Origin: an uncultured virus (IMG/VR IMGVR_UViG_3300020477_000021)
Taxonomy: Duplodnaviria; Heunggongvirae; Uroviricota; Caudoviricetes
Length of the DNA: 64,000 bases
Virus record (IMG/VR): IMGVR_UViG_3300020477_000021
Reading direction: 5' to 3' (one strand)
Positions 9,892 to 19,776 of this stretch are shown piece after piece (the first letter of the stretch is position 1; every line of letters starts with the position of its first letter). The notes under the pieces were generated by a model. It searched no databases. It was not told where the DNA came from and saw only the letters and a list, made by a program, of their open reading frames with translations. The translations under genes and the position numbers were made by a program.

Positions 9892-11487
9892 ATGGCATTT
9901 GAATTATTTGGTTTTGAAATTGGAAAGAAGAAAAAGAAAGAAGCCGATTCTTTTGTAATACCAGAATCAGAAGATGGTTCTATTACATTAGAAGGTGCAG
10001 GTGGTTCTATCGCTTTTGGAATGACGTTTGATGCTGAAGCCAAAAATGAACATGATTTAATTAATCATTATAGAGAAATGGCAAGTCAACCTGAGGTTGA
10101 TTATGCTATTGATGATATACTTAATGAGGCCATTGTTACAGATGAAAGTAAACCAGCGGTAACAATTCGTTTAGATAATTTAGATACAACTGTTGGGATC
10201 AAAAATAAAATTAGAGCAGAATTTGAAAATGTTTTACAGTTATTGGATTTTCAAAATAGTGGATATGAAATTTTTAGAAAATGGTATGTAGATGGTAGAT
10301 TATATTATCATATGATGGTAGACGAAACTCGAGGAAAAAACGGAATACAAGAATTAAGATGGATTGACCCGACAACTATTAAAAAAGTAAAACAACTAGG
10401 TAAAAAGAAAAAGAAAAATATTGATATTGTAAAAACAGATGATGAGTTTTTTATATATCGTCCAAAGATGAGAATGCCGGGACAAGTTGCAAGTGCTCCA
10501 TATATGCCAGCATCATCAACAACACAAATTAAAGTACATAAAGATTCTATTGTATATGTAACGTCTGGTATTCTTAATCAATCACGGTCATTAGTATTAA
10601 GTAATTTACATAAGTCTATCAAACCAATGAATCAATTACGAATGATAGAAGATGCAGTTGTAATATACAGATTATCCCGAGCTCCAGAACGTAGAGTTTT
10701 TTATATTGATGTTGGTAATCTTCCAAAAATGAAAGCAGAACAATATCTTAAAAATATTATGACGAAATATAAAAATAAACTTACCTATAATGCAACAACA
10801 GGTGAAGTTCAAGATTCAAAAAATCATATGTCAATGTTGGAAGATTATTGGTTGCCACGGAGAGAAGGTGGAAGAGGAACAGAAATTACAACACTTCCAG
10901 GTGGTCAATCATTAGGAGAAATTGAAGATATTCAATACTTCAGACGAAAATTATATAAATCATTAAATGTTCCTATTTCAAGATTGGAAACTGATGGAAA
11001 TAATTTTAATCTTGGTCGAACAGCTGAAATAACAAGAGATGAATTAAAATTTTCAAAGTTTGTTGCACGTCTACGAACACGATTTAGTACATTATTTGAT
11101 GAGGTATTAAAAACACAATTAGTATTAAAGAAAGTTATTACAGTTGATGATTGGGAAGATTTTAAAGAAGATATTAATTATGATTTTCTCAGAGATTCAC
11201 ATTTTGCTGAATTAAAAGATTCTGAACTAATGAAAGATAGATTAGAGAATTTACAGCAAATTGATGATGCTGGTGAGTATATGGGTAAATACTTTTCAAA
11301 GGAATGGGTGCGTAAAAATGTTCTTAGAATGGATGAGTTCGATATTAAAAATATGGACAAACAAATTGAAAAAGAAAAAGCAGCTGAAGATGATGAGATG
11401 GGAGGAGAGTTTGATACCGATGCTGGTGATGAACCAACCGACCAGGAACCAGATGCTGAGGAAGAAAAGATTAGACGTATTCTATAA
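9892..11487 (+). CDS. gp20: Portal protein gp20
   Basis: RAPERRVFYIDVGNLPK.KAEQY, EDYWLPRREGGRGTEI. Confidence 0.97.
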   Translation: MAFELFGFEIGKKKKKEADSFVIPESEDGSITLEGAGGSIAFGMTFDAEAKNEHDLINHYREMASQPEVDYAIDDILNEAIVTDESKPAVTIRLDNLDTTVGIKNKIRAEFENVLQLLDFQNSGYEIFRKWYVDGRLYYHMMVDETRGKNGIQELRWIDPTTIKKVKQLGKKKKKNIDIVKTDDEFFIYRPKMRMPGQVASAPYMPASSTTQIKVHKDSIVYVTSGILNQSRSLVLSNLHKSIKPMNQLRMIEDAVVIYRLSRAPERRVFYIDVGNLPKMKAEQYLKNIMTKYKNKLTYNATTGEVQDSKNHMSMLEDYWLPRREGGRGTEITTLPGGQSLGEIEDIQYFRRKLYKSLNVPISRLETDGNNFNLGRTAEITRDELKFSKFVARLRTRFSTLFDEVLKTQLVLKKVITVDDWEDFKEDINYDFLRDSHFAELKDSELMKDRLENLQQIDDAGEYMGKYFSKEWVRKNVLRMDEFDIKNMDKQIEKEKAAEDDEMGGEFDTDAGDEPTDQEPDAEEEKIRRIL

Positions 11488-11504
11488 CAAAAGGAGAAGA
11501 TATT

Positions 11505-12089
11505 ATGACTGAATTTGTTGATTTCATACAACAAGGCAAAGTAAGTAAAGTTAAAGATGAGTTAGAAACTCAACTACAACATAAACTTAATGCTAAAATT
11601 GAATTAAAGAAAAAGGATATAGCCGCCAGTATGTTTACTGGAAGTCCTCAGCCTATGGAATCTGAAGAAGTTAATGAAAGTATTCCAGAAGTTTTTAATG
11701 AAGCAAATAAAATGACAGATATTGTAAAAGATATTTTAGATGATTGGGAAAAAACTAGAGGAACAGAAAAAGAATTAAAAAAACTAATTAAGACTTATGC
11801 AAAGAAGAATCGTCTAAAAGAAAAAGATTTAGAAAAAGCAGTGGAAACTGGACAAGTTGAAAGTGTTGATATAATTAATAAGTTAAAAAATATTACAGAT
11901 TCTACTTATATAACATTTAAAGACAATAGTAAATTGAAAATTGATAATGAAACTGCGTCAGTTATTTTAAATGTATATGAAAATTTAAATGATGAAAATA
12001 AAAATAAATTAGAAAAAACTTTAGAACAAAATCAAACTACATTTTTAAAAATGACGGATTTTGCTTTTAGTTGTTTAGAGGATAAGTAA
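11505..12089 (+). CDS. Putative prohead core protein (gp67/gp68 position)
   Basis: Synteny between gp20 and gp21; AAGGAG RBS; charged helical sequence. Confidence 0.55.
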   Translation: MTEFVDFIQQGKVSKVKDELETQLQHKLNAKIELKKKDIAASMFTGSPQPMESEEVNESIPEVFNEANKMTDIVKDILDDWEKTRGTEKELKKLIKTYAKKNRLKEKDLEKAVETGQVESVDIINKLKNITDSTYITFKDNSKLKIDNETASVILNVYENLNDENKNKLEKTLEQNQTTFLKMTDFAFSCLEDK

Positions 12090-12505
12090 TGGATATTTTT
12101 CATTCTCTGTTTTTAACAAAAGTTCAAGCATCTATTGATGAAAAGAAATTAGCAATGGCAAAGGCCTTTGCTGAAGTTTTATCAAAAAGTGCAAGACTTA
12201 AAAAAGCAGCATTAATGAAAAGACTTGCACCGAAAATGGCAAAGAAACGTGCAATAAAAGCTAAACGTGCAAAAACAGGAAAAGAATTAAAAGTAAAAGC
12301 ACAAAAAGCAGCAGTTAATATAATAAAAACAAAATTGACTAAAGGTAAAGCACTTGCAGGATTATCTGTAAGTGAAAAAGAACGATTAGAAAAAATGGTT
12401 AAGAAAAAATCTGCTGTTATTAAAAAGATAGCTAAGAAATTAATACCCAAGATTAAAACTAAAGAAAAAGAACGATTAGCAAAACTCCGTGGAGGAACAA
12501 AATGA
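12089..12505 (+). CDS. Highly basic protein, putative prohead core component
   Basis: Very Lys/Ala-rich; lies immediately before gp21. Confidence 0.5.
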   Translation: MDIFHSLFLTKVQASIDEKKLAMAKAFAEVLSKSARLKKAALMKRLAPKMAKKRAIKAKRAKTGKELKVKAQKAAVNIIKTKLTKGKALAGLSVSEKERLEKMVKKKSAVIKKIAKKLIPKIKTKEKERLAKLRGGTK

Positions 12506-13134
12506 AATTAATTACAGAGTTTAATGAGAATATTACTATAACAGAAGGTGCTAAAAAAGAGTTATACATTGAAGGCATCTTCTTACAAGGTGATATTAAA
12601 AATCAAAATGGTAGAAAATATCCTGTAGAAGTATTAGACAAAGAAGTTCGTCGGTATACTAAAGAGTATGTAGATAAAGGTCGTGCTCTTGGTGAACTTG
12701 GTCACCCTGCAGGTCCCGTTATAAATCTTGATCGTACTTCACATCTGATTACTGAACTTTTTCGTGAAGGTAATAACTTTCAAGGTAAAGCTAAAGTAAT
12801 GGGAACACCTTATGGAAACATAGTTAAAAATCTCATTAAAGAAGGTGCCAACCTTGGTGTTTCTTCTCGGGGTATGGGTAGTGTTAAAAAAGTAAATGGT
12901 ATTGATGAAGTACAAAAAGATTTTGTTTTGGCAACTGTGGATATTGTTGCTGATCCTTCTGCTCCAGACGCCTTTGTTAATGGAATCATGGAAGGAAAAG
13001 AGTGGGTATGGGAGAATGGTGTTATTAAAGAAAGAATTATTCAAGACTATAAACAGGTTATCTCTAAGACAAACCGAAATTACTTGGATAAAACTAAAAT
13101 TAAAGTTTTTGAAGATTTCATGTCCAAGTTATGA
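12502..13134 (+). CDS. gp21: Prohead protease gp21
   Basis: ALGELGHP, GVSSRGMGS, DIVADPSAPDAFV. Confidence 0.96.
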   Translation: MKLITEFNENITITEGAKKELYIEGIFLQGDIKNQNGRKYPVEVLDKEVRRYTKEYVDKGRALGELGHPAGPVINLDRTSHLITELFREGNNFQGKAKVMGTPYGNIVKNLIKEGANLGVSSRGMGSVKKVNGIDEVQKDFVLATVDIVADPSAPDAFVNGIMEGKEWVWENGVIKERIIQDYKQVISKTNRNYLDKTKIKVFEDFMSKL

Positions 13135-13210
13135 CACTTGAGACTTCAAAAATAATAAATAATATAGACATATAGTTTATATTTCCATTAGATAAAGGAG
13201 ATTCAGAAAG

Positions 13211-14302
13211 ATGGCTGAAAAATCATTAGAACAAATTATTAAGGAAAAGATGGATAAAATTTCCTCTAAAGCCGAAGTAAATGAAGAAGTAGTTGATGAA
13301 GAAGAAACCGAAGAACTAATTGAAACGGCAAAAGAAGAAATGAAGAAGGATCTTGAAGAAAAGAAAGTAAAAGAAGATGACCATGAAGAAGATGATGAAG
13401 AAGATGATGACGAAGAAATGGAATCTAAATCTAAGAAAGAAAATAAAAAAGTAAAAGAAGATGAAGATGAAGAAGATGATGATGACGAAGAAATGGAATC
13501 TAAATCTAAGAAAGAAAATAAAAATAAGAAAGAAACTAAAGAAGAACCTAAGAAAGAATCCAAATCTTATGAAGATATCGAAATTGATGTTAAAGATGAC
13601 GTAGAAGCTCTAACATCTGGTGACGATATGTCCGATGAATTTAAAAAGAAAGCTGCGACCATTTTTGAAGCTGCAGTAAAAGCAAAGGTTATTGACGTTG
13701 TTAAAGCAATGGAAAAAGACCTTGAAGAAAAGTATTCCAAACAGGCCGAAACAGATAAACAAGAGATTGTTGACAATGTTGACAAATATCTTGATTACGT
13801 TTCTGAGCAATGGATGAAAGAAAATGAGTTGGCAGTAGAAGTTGGTCTTAAAGAAGAAATTACAAATAACTTTATGACCGGATTAAAGAACTTGTTTGAA
13901 GAGCATTATATTGATATTCCTGATGAGAAGATTGACCTCATTAGTGAACTTCAATCTAAGGTAGAAGAACAAGAAGAAGCTCTTAATAAAGAAATCAACG
14001 AAAGTATTGAAACCAAGAAGGAACTGGTCGAATATAAGAAGAAAGACATATTCAATCAGATAACCACGGATCTTGTCGATACTGAGATTGAGAAGCTGAA
14101 GAAACTCTCTGATACAGTTGAGTTTGAAGATAGTGAAAACTATAAAGAAAAACTTAATACAATCAAAGAGAATTACTTCAAAAAATCAACAAGTGAAACA
14201 ACTGATAGTAAAGAAACTGCTGGAACGAATAAGGAAATACAAGATAATAAAACGTCTGTAGATTCTTATGTCCAGGCTATCACTAAGAGTATTAAAAAAT
14301 AA
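13211..14302 (+). CDS. gp22: Prohead scaffold protein gp22
   Basis: FKKKAATIFEAAV, YLDYV.EQW..EN..A; acidic N-terminus. Confidence 0.92.
   Translation: MAEKSLEQIIKEKMDKISSKAEVNEEVVDEEETEELIETAKEEMKKDLEEKKVKEDDHEEDDEEDDDEEMESKSKKENKKVKEDEDEEDDDDEEMESKSKKENKNKKETKEEPKKESKSYEDIEIDVKDDVEALTSGDDMSDEFKKKAATIFEAAVKAKVIDVVKAMEKDLEEKYSKQAETDKQEIVDNVDKYLDYVSEQWMKENELAVEVGLKEEITNNFMTGLKNLFEEHYIDIPDEKIDLISELQSKVEEQEEALNKEINESIETKKELVEYKKKDIFNQITTDLVDTEIEKLKKLSDTVEFEDSENYKEKLNTIKENYFKKSTSETTDSKETAGTNKEIQDNKTSVDSYVQAITKSIKK
13403..13524 (+). repeat. Exact 47-nt direct repeat (13403-13449, 13478-13524) in gp22
   Basis: gatgatgacgaagaaatggaatctaaatctaagaaagaaaataaaaa occurs twice, period 75 nt. Confidence 0.9.
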
Positions 14303-14330
14303 ATAACTTAATCCCAAAGGAGTAGTAAAA

Positions 14331-15530
14331 ATGTATTTAGCAGAAAATTATAAAGATAAATGGGATAAAGTAATTAATCATCCTGACCTTGAAGAAATCA
14401 AGGATCCGTATAAACGTGACGTTACAACACGTTTGTTGGAGAATCAAGAGAACTTCTTACAAGAAGCTGCTCCTGGCAACTCCACAGCCGATGTTGATAA
14501 CTGGGATCCAATTCTAATTTCTTTGGTTCGACGCGCAATGCCTCATATGATGGCATATGACGTTTGTGGTGTTCAACCAATGACAGGTCCTACAGGGTTG
14601 ATTTTTGCTTTGAAATCTCATTACGAAGTTGGTGGTACACCTGAAGCATTGTTTAACGAAGCTGACACAGATTTCGCTGGAACTGGTACTCATGTTGCAA
14701 CAGATGGAACGAATAATCCGTTTGCTGGAACATGGACAGCTGGTACTGGTAATACAACGGCAGCTGGTGAAGCTCTTGGAGATGCTTCTGGTAACTATTG
14801 GCCCGAAATGTCTTTCTCGATTGCAAAGACATCTGTAACGGCAAAAACTCGTGCTCTCAAAGCTGAGTACACCACAGAACTCTCTCAAGACTTGAAAGCA
14901 ATTCATGGTCTTGATGCAGAAACTGAGTTGTCTAATATCTTGTCTACGGAAATTCTCGCAGAAATTAATCGTGAAGTTATCCGTACAATTTATACAGCAG
15001 CTTCTGCTGGTGCTCAGAATGATACCACAACCGCTGGTACTTTTGACCTTAATACAGACTCGAATGGTCGTTGGTCTGTTGAAAAGTTCAAAGGATTGAT
15101 GTTCAACATCGAGCGTGATGCTCATGAGATTGCCAAGGCAACTCGCCGAGGAAAAGGTAATATTCTTATTACTTCTTCTGACGTTGCATCCGCACTCGCA
15201 ATGGCTGGTGACTTGAACACAGTCGTTGACGAAACTCAAAGCACTTATGTTGGTAACTGGGGTTCGATGAAGATTTACGTTGATCCTTATTACACATCGG
15301 CAGCTGGTAACTACTATGTAGTTGGATACAAAGGTGGTTCTCCGTATGATGCTGGTCTGTTCTACTGTCCGTACGTTCCTCTCCAAATGGTTCGTGCAGT
15401 TGGTGAGCAAACTTTTCAACCGAAAATCGGTTTCAAGACACGATACGGAATTGTGTCCAATCCGATGACGGCTATCACCTCTGGTGCTAACACATATTAC
15501 AGAAAAGTTAAAGTAAATAACTTGATGTAA
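14331..15530 (+). CDS. gp23: Major capsid protein gp23
   Basis: GVQPMTGPTGLIFA, RALKAEYT.EL.QDLKAIHGLDAE, FQPKIGFKTRYG. Confidence 0.98.
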   Translation: MYLAENYKDKWDKVINHPDLEEIKDPYKRDVTTRLLENQENFLQEAAPGNSTADVDNWDPILISLVRRAMPHMMAYDVCGVQPMTGPTGLIFALKSHYEVGGTPEALFNEADTDFAGTGTHVATDGTNNPFAGTWTAGTGNTTAAGEALGDASGNYWPEMSFSIAKTSVTAKTRALKAEYTTELSQDLKAIHGLDAETELSNILSTEILAEINREVIRTIYTAASAGAQNDTTTAGTFDLNTDSNGRWSVEKFKGLMFNIERDAHEIAKATRRGKGNILITSSDVASALAMAGDLNTVVDETQSTYVGNWGSMKIYVDPYYTSAAGNYYVVGYKGGSPYDAGLFYCPYVPLQMVRAVGEQTFQPKIGFKTRYGIVSNPMTAITSGANTYYRKVKVNNLM

Positions 15531-15626
15531 TTATAGCAGTGTCCATGAGATTCTATAGGTCTCATGTTATCAGACGAAACTAAGGGAACCCTTTGGAAAG
15601 GCAGCCTACCAAATTCGTCTATATAG

Positions 15627-15658
15627 GGAGACCGGCAGTATTGTCGGTCTCCTTTTTT
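15627..15658 (+). terminator. Intrinsic terminator after gp23
   Basis: ggagaccggca-gtat-tgtcggtctcc + TTTTTT. Confidence 0.9.
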
Positions 15659-15671
15659 ATTTTTCTGGATG

Positions 15672-15679
15672 TATAAATA
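15672..15679 (+). promoter_or_regulatory. Late promoter TATAAATA
   Basis: Exact consensus upstream of the 15708 ORF and gp3. Confidence 0.75.
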
Positions 15680-15707
15680 CTAATGAAAGGAGGGCATTTT
15701 CTTAACT

Positions 15708-15941
15708 ATGACCAAAAAAAGATTACCAACCCCAAATAACTTCAAAAGTAGATTTTGTAAAAAATGCAATGCAAGATATAGATACGAATGTACTTGTTCA
15801 AATAATAAGTCTATGGCATGGCAAATGAAAAATGTATTTCATAGTGGAAAACGATATAAAGGTAAACTCGCATATAATGTTACCCAAATGAATGATGAAG
15901 AATATGCAGAATATTATCGAAAGAAAAAAGAAAAGGAATAA
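15708..15941 (+). CDS. Small Cys-containing hypothetical protein
   Basis: CKKC...CTC; AGGAGG RBS. Confidence 0.6.
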   Translation: MTKKRLPTPNNFKSRFCKKCNARYRYECTCSNNKSMAWQMKNVFHSGKRYKGKLAYNVTQMNDEEYAEYYRKKKEKE

Positions 15942-15944
15942 AGT

Positions 15945-16517
15945 ATGGCTAGCACTGCAAGTAATTTAGACAATTTAGGTGAATCCCCGATTAATTCTGG
16001 TGTGATGTTCAGACAACCAGAAAATTTAAATTCTCTTAAAACAAATGCGTTTAGGCTTGTATTTGCTCGAATGCCAGAGGTCGAATATACTTGTCAAACA
16101 GTAAATGTACCAGGATTGATTTTGGGTGGGCCAGTATTAGTTCCTACACCATTATCTGATACACCAAATCCAGGTGATAAAGTTACGTTTGATAATTTAA
16201 CTGTTAATTTTATTGTTGATGAAGATTTACGAAATTATAGAGAAGTATATGATTGGGTAGTAGGTTTGGGTTTTCCTGATAGTTTTTCTCAATTTGAAGC
16301 ATTAGATGAATTAACAAGTGATATTACTATAATGGCATTAACAAATAATATGCAACCTAATGTAGAATTTAAATTTAAAGATTGTTTTCCAGTATCGTTA
16401 GGAGCTATTAATTTTAATACATCTGATACTGGAATTGAACCAATTACTTGTGATGCAAGTTTTTCATTTGCTGGTGTATTTGATGTTAAAAAACTTAGTG
16501 ACCCCACTACTACATAA
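15945..16517 (+). CDS. gp3: Tail completion protein gp3
   Basis: F.VDEDLRNYREVYDW..GLGFP, FKDCFPVSLG. Confidence 0.9.
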   Translation: MASTASNLDNLGESPINSGVMFRQPENLNSLKTNAFRLVFARMPEVEYTCQTVNVPGLILGGPVLVPTPLSDTPNPGDKVTFDNLTVNFIVDEDLRNYREVYDWVVGLGFPDSFSQFEALDELTSDITIMALTNNMQPNVEFKFKDCFPVSLGAINFNTSDTGIEPITCDASFSFAGVFDVKKLSDPTTT

Positions 16518-16791
16518 AATTAGAAATTTCATAAAGAATGATTGGAAATCTAATCGAATTAGATTGATTGGAGAATGTGTCGCGATGATTTGTAATATAG
16601 CTTCTGCAATAACTCTCGCTGTTACTATCCACAATCCAAATATGTATATGGTCTACGGACTATTTCTTATAGCTTCACTAATACTAATATTTTGTGCATA
16701 CTCCAGAAAATCTTTTGGTTTTATGGCACTATATATTATGTTCGTCTTAATTGATGGAACAGGATTAACAAGATTATTACTTAACTTATGA
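16435..16791 (+). CDS. Hypothetical membrane protein (true start probably downstream of 16435)
   Basis: Three hydrophobic helices. Confidence 0.6.
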   Translation: MNQLLVMQVFHLLVYLMLKNLVTPLLHKIRNFIKNDWKSNRIRLIGECVAMICNIASAITLAVTIHNPNMYMVYGLFLIASLILIFCAYSRKSFGFMALYIMFVLIDGTGLTRLLLNL

Positions 16792-16799
16792 GGTGAATA

Positions 16800-17231
16800 A
16801 TGACACTTGAAGAACTAGATTTGATGATAGAGAAAGATTTACAACTCGATAAATCCGAACTAGCTCGCGAACAGCTACGAACTCCCTCACTCCATAACAA
16901 ATACAATAAAATCCTAATAGATCAAAAATATCAACTCAGAAAACGTCAAACCGAGTATGATGAACAATATCTTAAAAGATGGCAATTCTATCGTGGTAAA
17001 GCTCCGCTTCTGGATTATCAAAATCAAGAATTTGAACGTGGAACTAAAGTCCTAGAAAAAGACGTTCCAATGTATCTTAATGCAGATCCTATTCTCAAAC
17101 CATATAAAGATAGATTGTATGACCAGAAAGAATTAATATCATTTCTTGAAAGAACTCTTAAAGAAATTAATCAAAGAGGCTGGGCAATCAAGAATATCAT
17201 AGAAAGTAATAAATTTGACCAAGGAATGTAA
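16800..17231 (+). CDS. uvsY: Recombination mediator UvsY
   Basis: P.LH.KY, YL.AD, I..RGW.IKN.I; adjacent to uvsW. Confidence 0.85.
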   Translation: MTLEELDLMIEKDLQLDKSELAREQLRTPSLHNKYNKILIDQKYQLRKRQTEYDEQYLKRWQFYRGKAPLLDYQNQEFERGTKVLEKDVPMYLNADPILKPYKDRLYDQKELISFLERTLKEINQRGWAIKNIIESNKFDQGM

Positions 17232-18757
17232 TGGATACTATCACGATTGCAAAGAAAAATGATGTTTTTTTATGGGTGTCATGTGAACGCGGAATATCAC
17301 AGGAATTATCGTCATATTTCTCATTTTTCGTGCCAAATTATCGTTTTCATCCGTCATTTAAAGCAAAATTATGGGATGGAAAAATAAGGCTGTTTAATTT
17401 GCAAAAAAGTGAATTATACGTTGGATTACTCCACTATCTTAAAATATTCGCAGAAAAATACGGTTATCGCCTAGAAATAGAAACTGGCCTTGAGGCAAAC
17501 GAAGATATATCACTTGAAACGATTTCAGATTATGTAAGGAAAACACTACAGCCCAGAGTACGAAAAAAACCAATTACTCCAAGAGAGTATCAATTATATG
17601 CAATTCATCATGCAATAAGAGAAAAAAGAACATTATTACTTTCTCCTACATCAAGTGGAAAGAGTTTAATAATTTATTCTATTCTTAGATGGTATCAACA
17701 AATATTAGACCCAAGTGAAAAAATGTTGATTATTGTTCCTACTACAAATTTAGTTGAACAAATGAATAGTGATTTTGGAGATTATTCTTCACATGACCCA
17801 ACATGGAATAGTGATGATAATCTTCATTTAATTTATTCTGGAAAAGAAAAAAGAACATCCAAACAAATAGTAATCTCGACTTGGCAATCATTATACAAGC
17901 TTCCAACATCAATGTTTCTTAAATATAGAGTTGTGGTAGGAGATGAATGTCATTTATTCAAAGCTAAATCATTAACAACTTTACTTACAAAATTTACAGA
18001 ATGCCCATACAGGATAGGAACAACTGGTACATTGGATGGAACTCAAACACATAAACTTGTATTGGAAGGATTATTTGGAAAAATAAACACAGTTACAACA
18101 TCAAAAGAATTGATGGATAAGAAATATATATCTTCACTTAATATTAAATGTTTGGTATTAAAATATGATGATGAATTACGACAATTAATGAAACGAGCCA
18201 AGTATCAACAAGAAATTGATTTTCTTGTAGAAAATAAAGATCGAAATAATTTTATTAAAAATTTAATCGTAACTTTAGAAGGAAACTCTTTACTTTTATT
18301 TAACTATATTGATAAGCATGGAAAAAAACTATTCGAGATGATTAAAAACTCGAAACACGCAAAAGGAAAACATATATATTTTGTAAGTGGTGAGGTAAAA
18401 ACGGAACAACGAGAGAAAGTAAGACATTTGGCCGAGAAACATAATAATGCAATTATCTTAGCTTCTGTCGGTGTTCTTTCAACAGGAACAAATATTAAAA
18501 ATCTTCAAAACTTAATATTTGCACATCCAAGTAAAGGTAAAATAAGAAATCTTCAAAGTATAGGACGGGTGCTTCGTTTGGATGATAAAGAGAATAAAGC
18601 TACTCTCTATGATATTGCAGATGATTTGTCATGGAAGAAACATCAAAACTTTGCATTAAAGCATTTCTTAATTAGATTAAAACTATATAATCAACAACAA
18701 TTTGATTATAAAACATATGAAATTGAGGTAGGAAATGAGAAACAGAAAATGTCCTAA
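17231..18757 (+). CDS. uvsW: DNA/RNA helicase UvsW
   Basis: WDGKIRLF, SPTSSGKS, DECH, QSIGRVLR. Confidence 0.95.
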   Translation: MDTITIAKKNDVFLWVSCERGISQELSSYFSFFVPNYRFHPSFKAKLWDGKIRLFNLQKSELYVGLLHYLKIFAEKYGYRLEIETGLEANEDISLETISDYVRKTLQPRVRKKPITPREYQLYAIHHAIREKRTLLLSPTSSGKSLIIYSILRWYQQILDPSEKMLIIVPTTNLVEQMNSDFGDYSSHDPTWNSDDNLHLIYSGKEKRTSKQIVISTWQSLYKLPTSMFLKYRVVVGDECHLFKAKSLTTLLTKFTECPYRIGTTGTLDGTQTHKLVLEGLFGKINTVTTSKELMDKKYISSLNIKCLVLKYDDELRQLMKRAKYQQEIDFLVENKDRNNFIKNLIVTLEGNSLLLFNYIDKHGKKLFEMIKNSKHAKGKHIYFVSGEVKTEQREKVRHLAEKHNNAIILASVGVLSTGTNIKNLQNLIFAHPSKGKIRNLQSIGRVLRLDDKENKATLYDIADDLSWKKHQNFALKHFLIRLKLYNQQQFDYKTYEIEVGNEKQKMS

Positions 18758-18956
18758 ATGTAAAACAAATACAGCTGAACAAACACAAGGTGGAATTACT
18801 GGTGGAATTTGGTATCAGAAATTTGAATGTACTAAATGTGAAAATGAAATTGAAATAGAATTTAAAAAATGGAAACATCTTGGTTTATTTAAAACTGAAT
18901 TTAGTCATCTTAATACAATTAATACCCCATTCAGTATCCCAATAACACTAGAATAA
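18735..18956 (+). CDS. Small zinc-ribbon-like protein
   Basis: CPKC...CTKC; GAGG RBS. Confidence 0.55.
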   Translation: MRNRKCPKCKTNTAEQTQGGITGGIWYQKFECTKCENEIEIEFKKWKHLGLFKTEFSHLNTINTPFSIPITLE

Positions 18957-18991
18957 TTAATTCTTTTTATATGTGAACCAACCACACCTTA

Positions 18992-19021
18992 ATAGTATCA
19001 AATGAAACACGCATTTGTCAA
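18992..19021 (-). promoter_or_regulatory. Minus-strand sigma70-like promoter
   Basis: Reverse complement reads TTGACA-18 nt-TACTAT with TGn extended -10. Confidence 0.5.
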
Positions 19022-19084
19022 ATAATTTTTTTAACAGATGGGTAAAGTATTGATTTTACAGGGTTTTATTTTATGTAAATACAT

Positions 19085-19113
19085 TTGACAAAAGGCTTCT
19101 CATTTTGTATAAT
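19085..19113 (+). promoter_or_regulatory. Sigma70-type (early) promoter upstream of dUTPase
   Basis: TTGACA-17-TATAAT. Confidence 0.85.
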
Positions 19114-19152
19114 GTTAATAAAATATGAATTTTTGATATGGAGATTTGACTG

Positions 19153-19776
19153 ATGAAAAATTTGATTTTTTTGCTAGTTTTCACCCTTCCAATAAATGCG
19201 TTCGCAAATAGTTGGAATGATATGATGGTTGAACAAAAAGCTTTGAGAAAAGGAGATATTATTGTGGAACGAATTGATGCACCCGTGCAAGTAGTAATTA
19301 AAAATACAAGTAGTAATCCACTTCCAAAATACGAATCAACTGGAGCCTCAGGTCTTGACATTCGCGCAGCTGAGGATGTCCAACTTCCAGCCTTCTCAGC
19401 AAGACTTGTGCCTACGGGAATATATGTAAAGATTCCTAAAGGTTTTGAGATTCAGATTCGTCCAAGATCAGGCCTTGCAATTAAACATTCAATTTCAGTT
19501 TTAAATACACCAGGAACGATTGATTCTGATTATCGTGGTGAGATAAAGATTATATTAATGAATTATTCTAGCACTATGTATTCTGTATATAAAGGTGACC
19601 GTGTAGCACAAATGGTTTTGACTCCAGTTGAAAAAGTTGTATGGAAACCTCATACTGGAAATAATTTTGAAGATACAGACCGTGGAGCTGGTGGGTTTGG
19701 TAGTACTGGTATTTTTGAACAAAGGGCAGAACATGAACGAAGGAATGATTTAGAAAAACAGATTGGACAGAGATAA
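19153..19776 (+). CDS. dut: Trimeric dUTPase with signal-peptide-like N-terminal extension
   Basis: All five motifs: SGLDI, RPRSGLA, GTIDSDYRGE, GDRVAQ, RGAGGFGSTG. Confidence 0.93.
   Translation: MKNLIFLLVFTLPINAFANSWNDMMVEQKALRKGDIIVERIDAPVQVVIKNTSSNPLPKYESTGASGLDIRAAEDVQLPAFSARLVPTGIYVKIPKGFEIQIRPRSGLAIKHSISVLNTPGTIDSDYRGEIKIILMNYSSTMYSVYKGDRVAQMVLTPVEKVVWKPHTGNNFEDTDRGAGGFGSTGIFEQRAEHERRNDLEKQIGQR

Noticed and set aside
14514..15419. 301-aa minus-strand ORF
   Set aside because: Antisense shadow of gp23, explained by its biased codon usage; no motifs, RBS or promoter seen.
15544..15620. Hammerhead ribozyme (contains CGAAAC)
   Set aside because: No CUGANGA core found in the right position.
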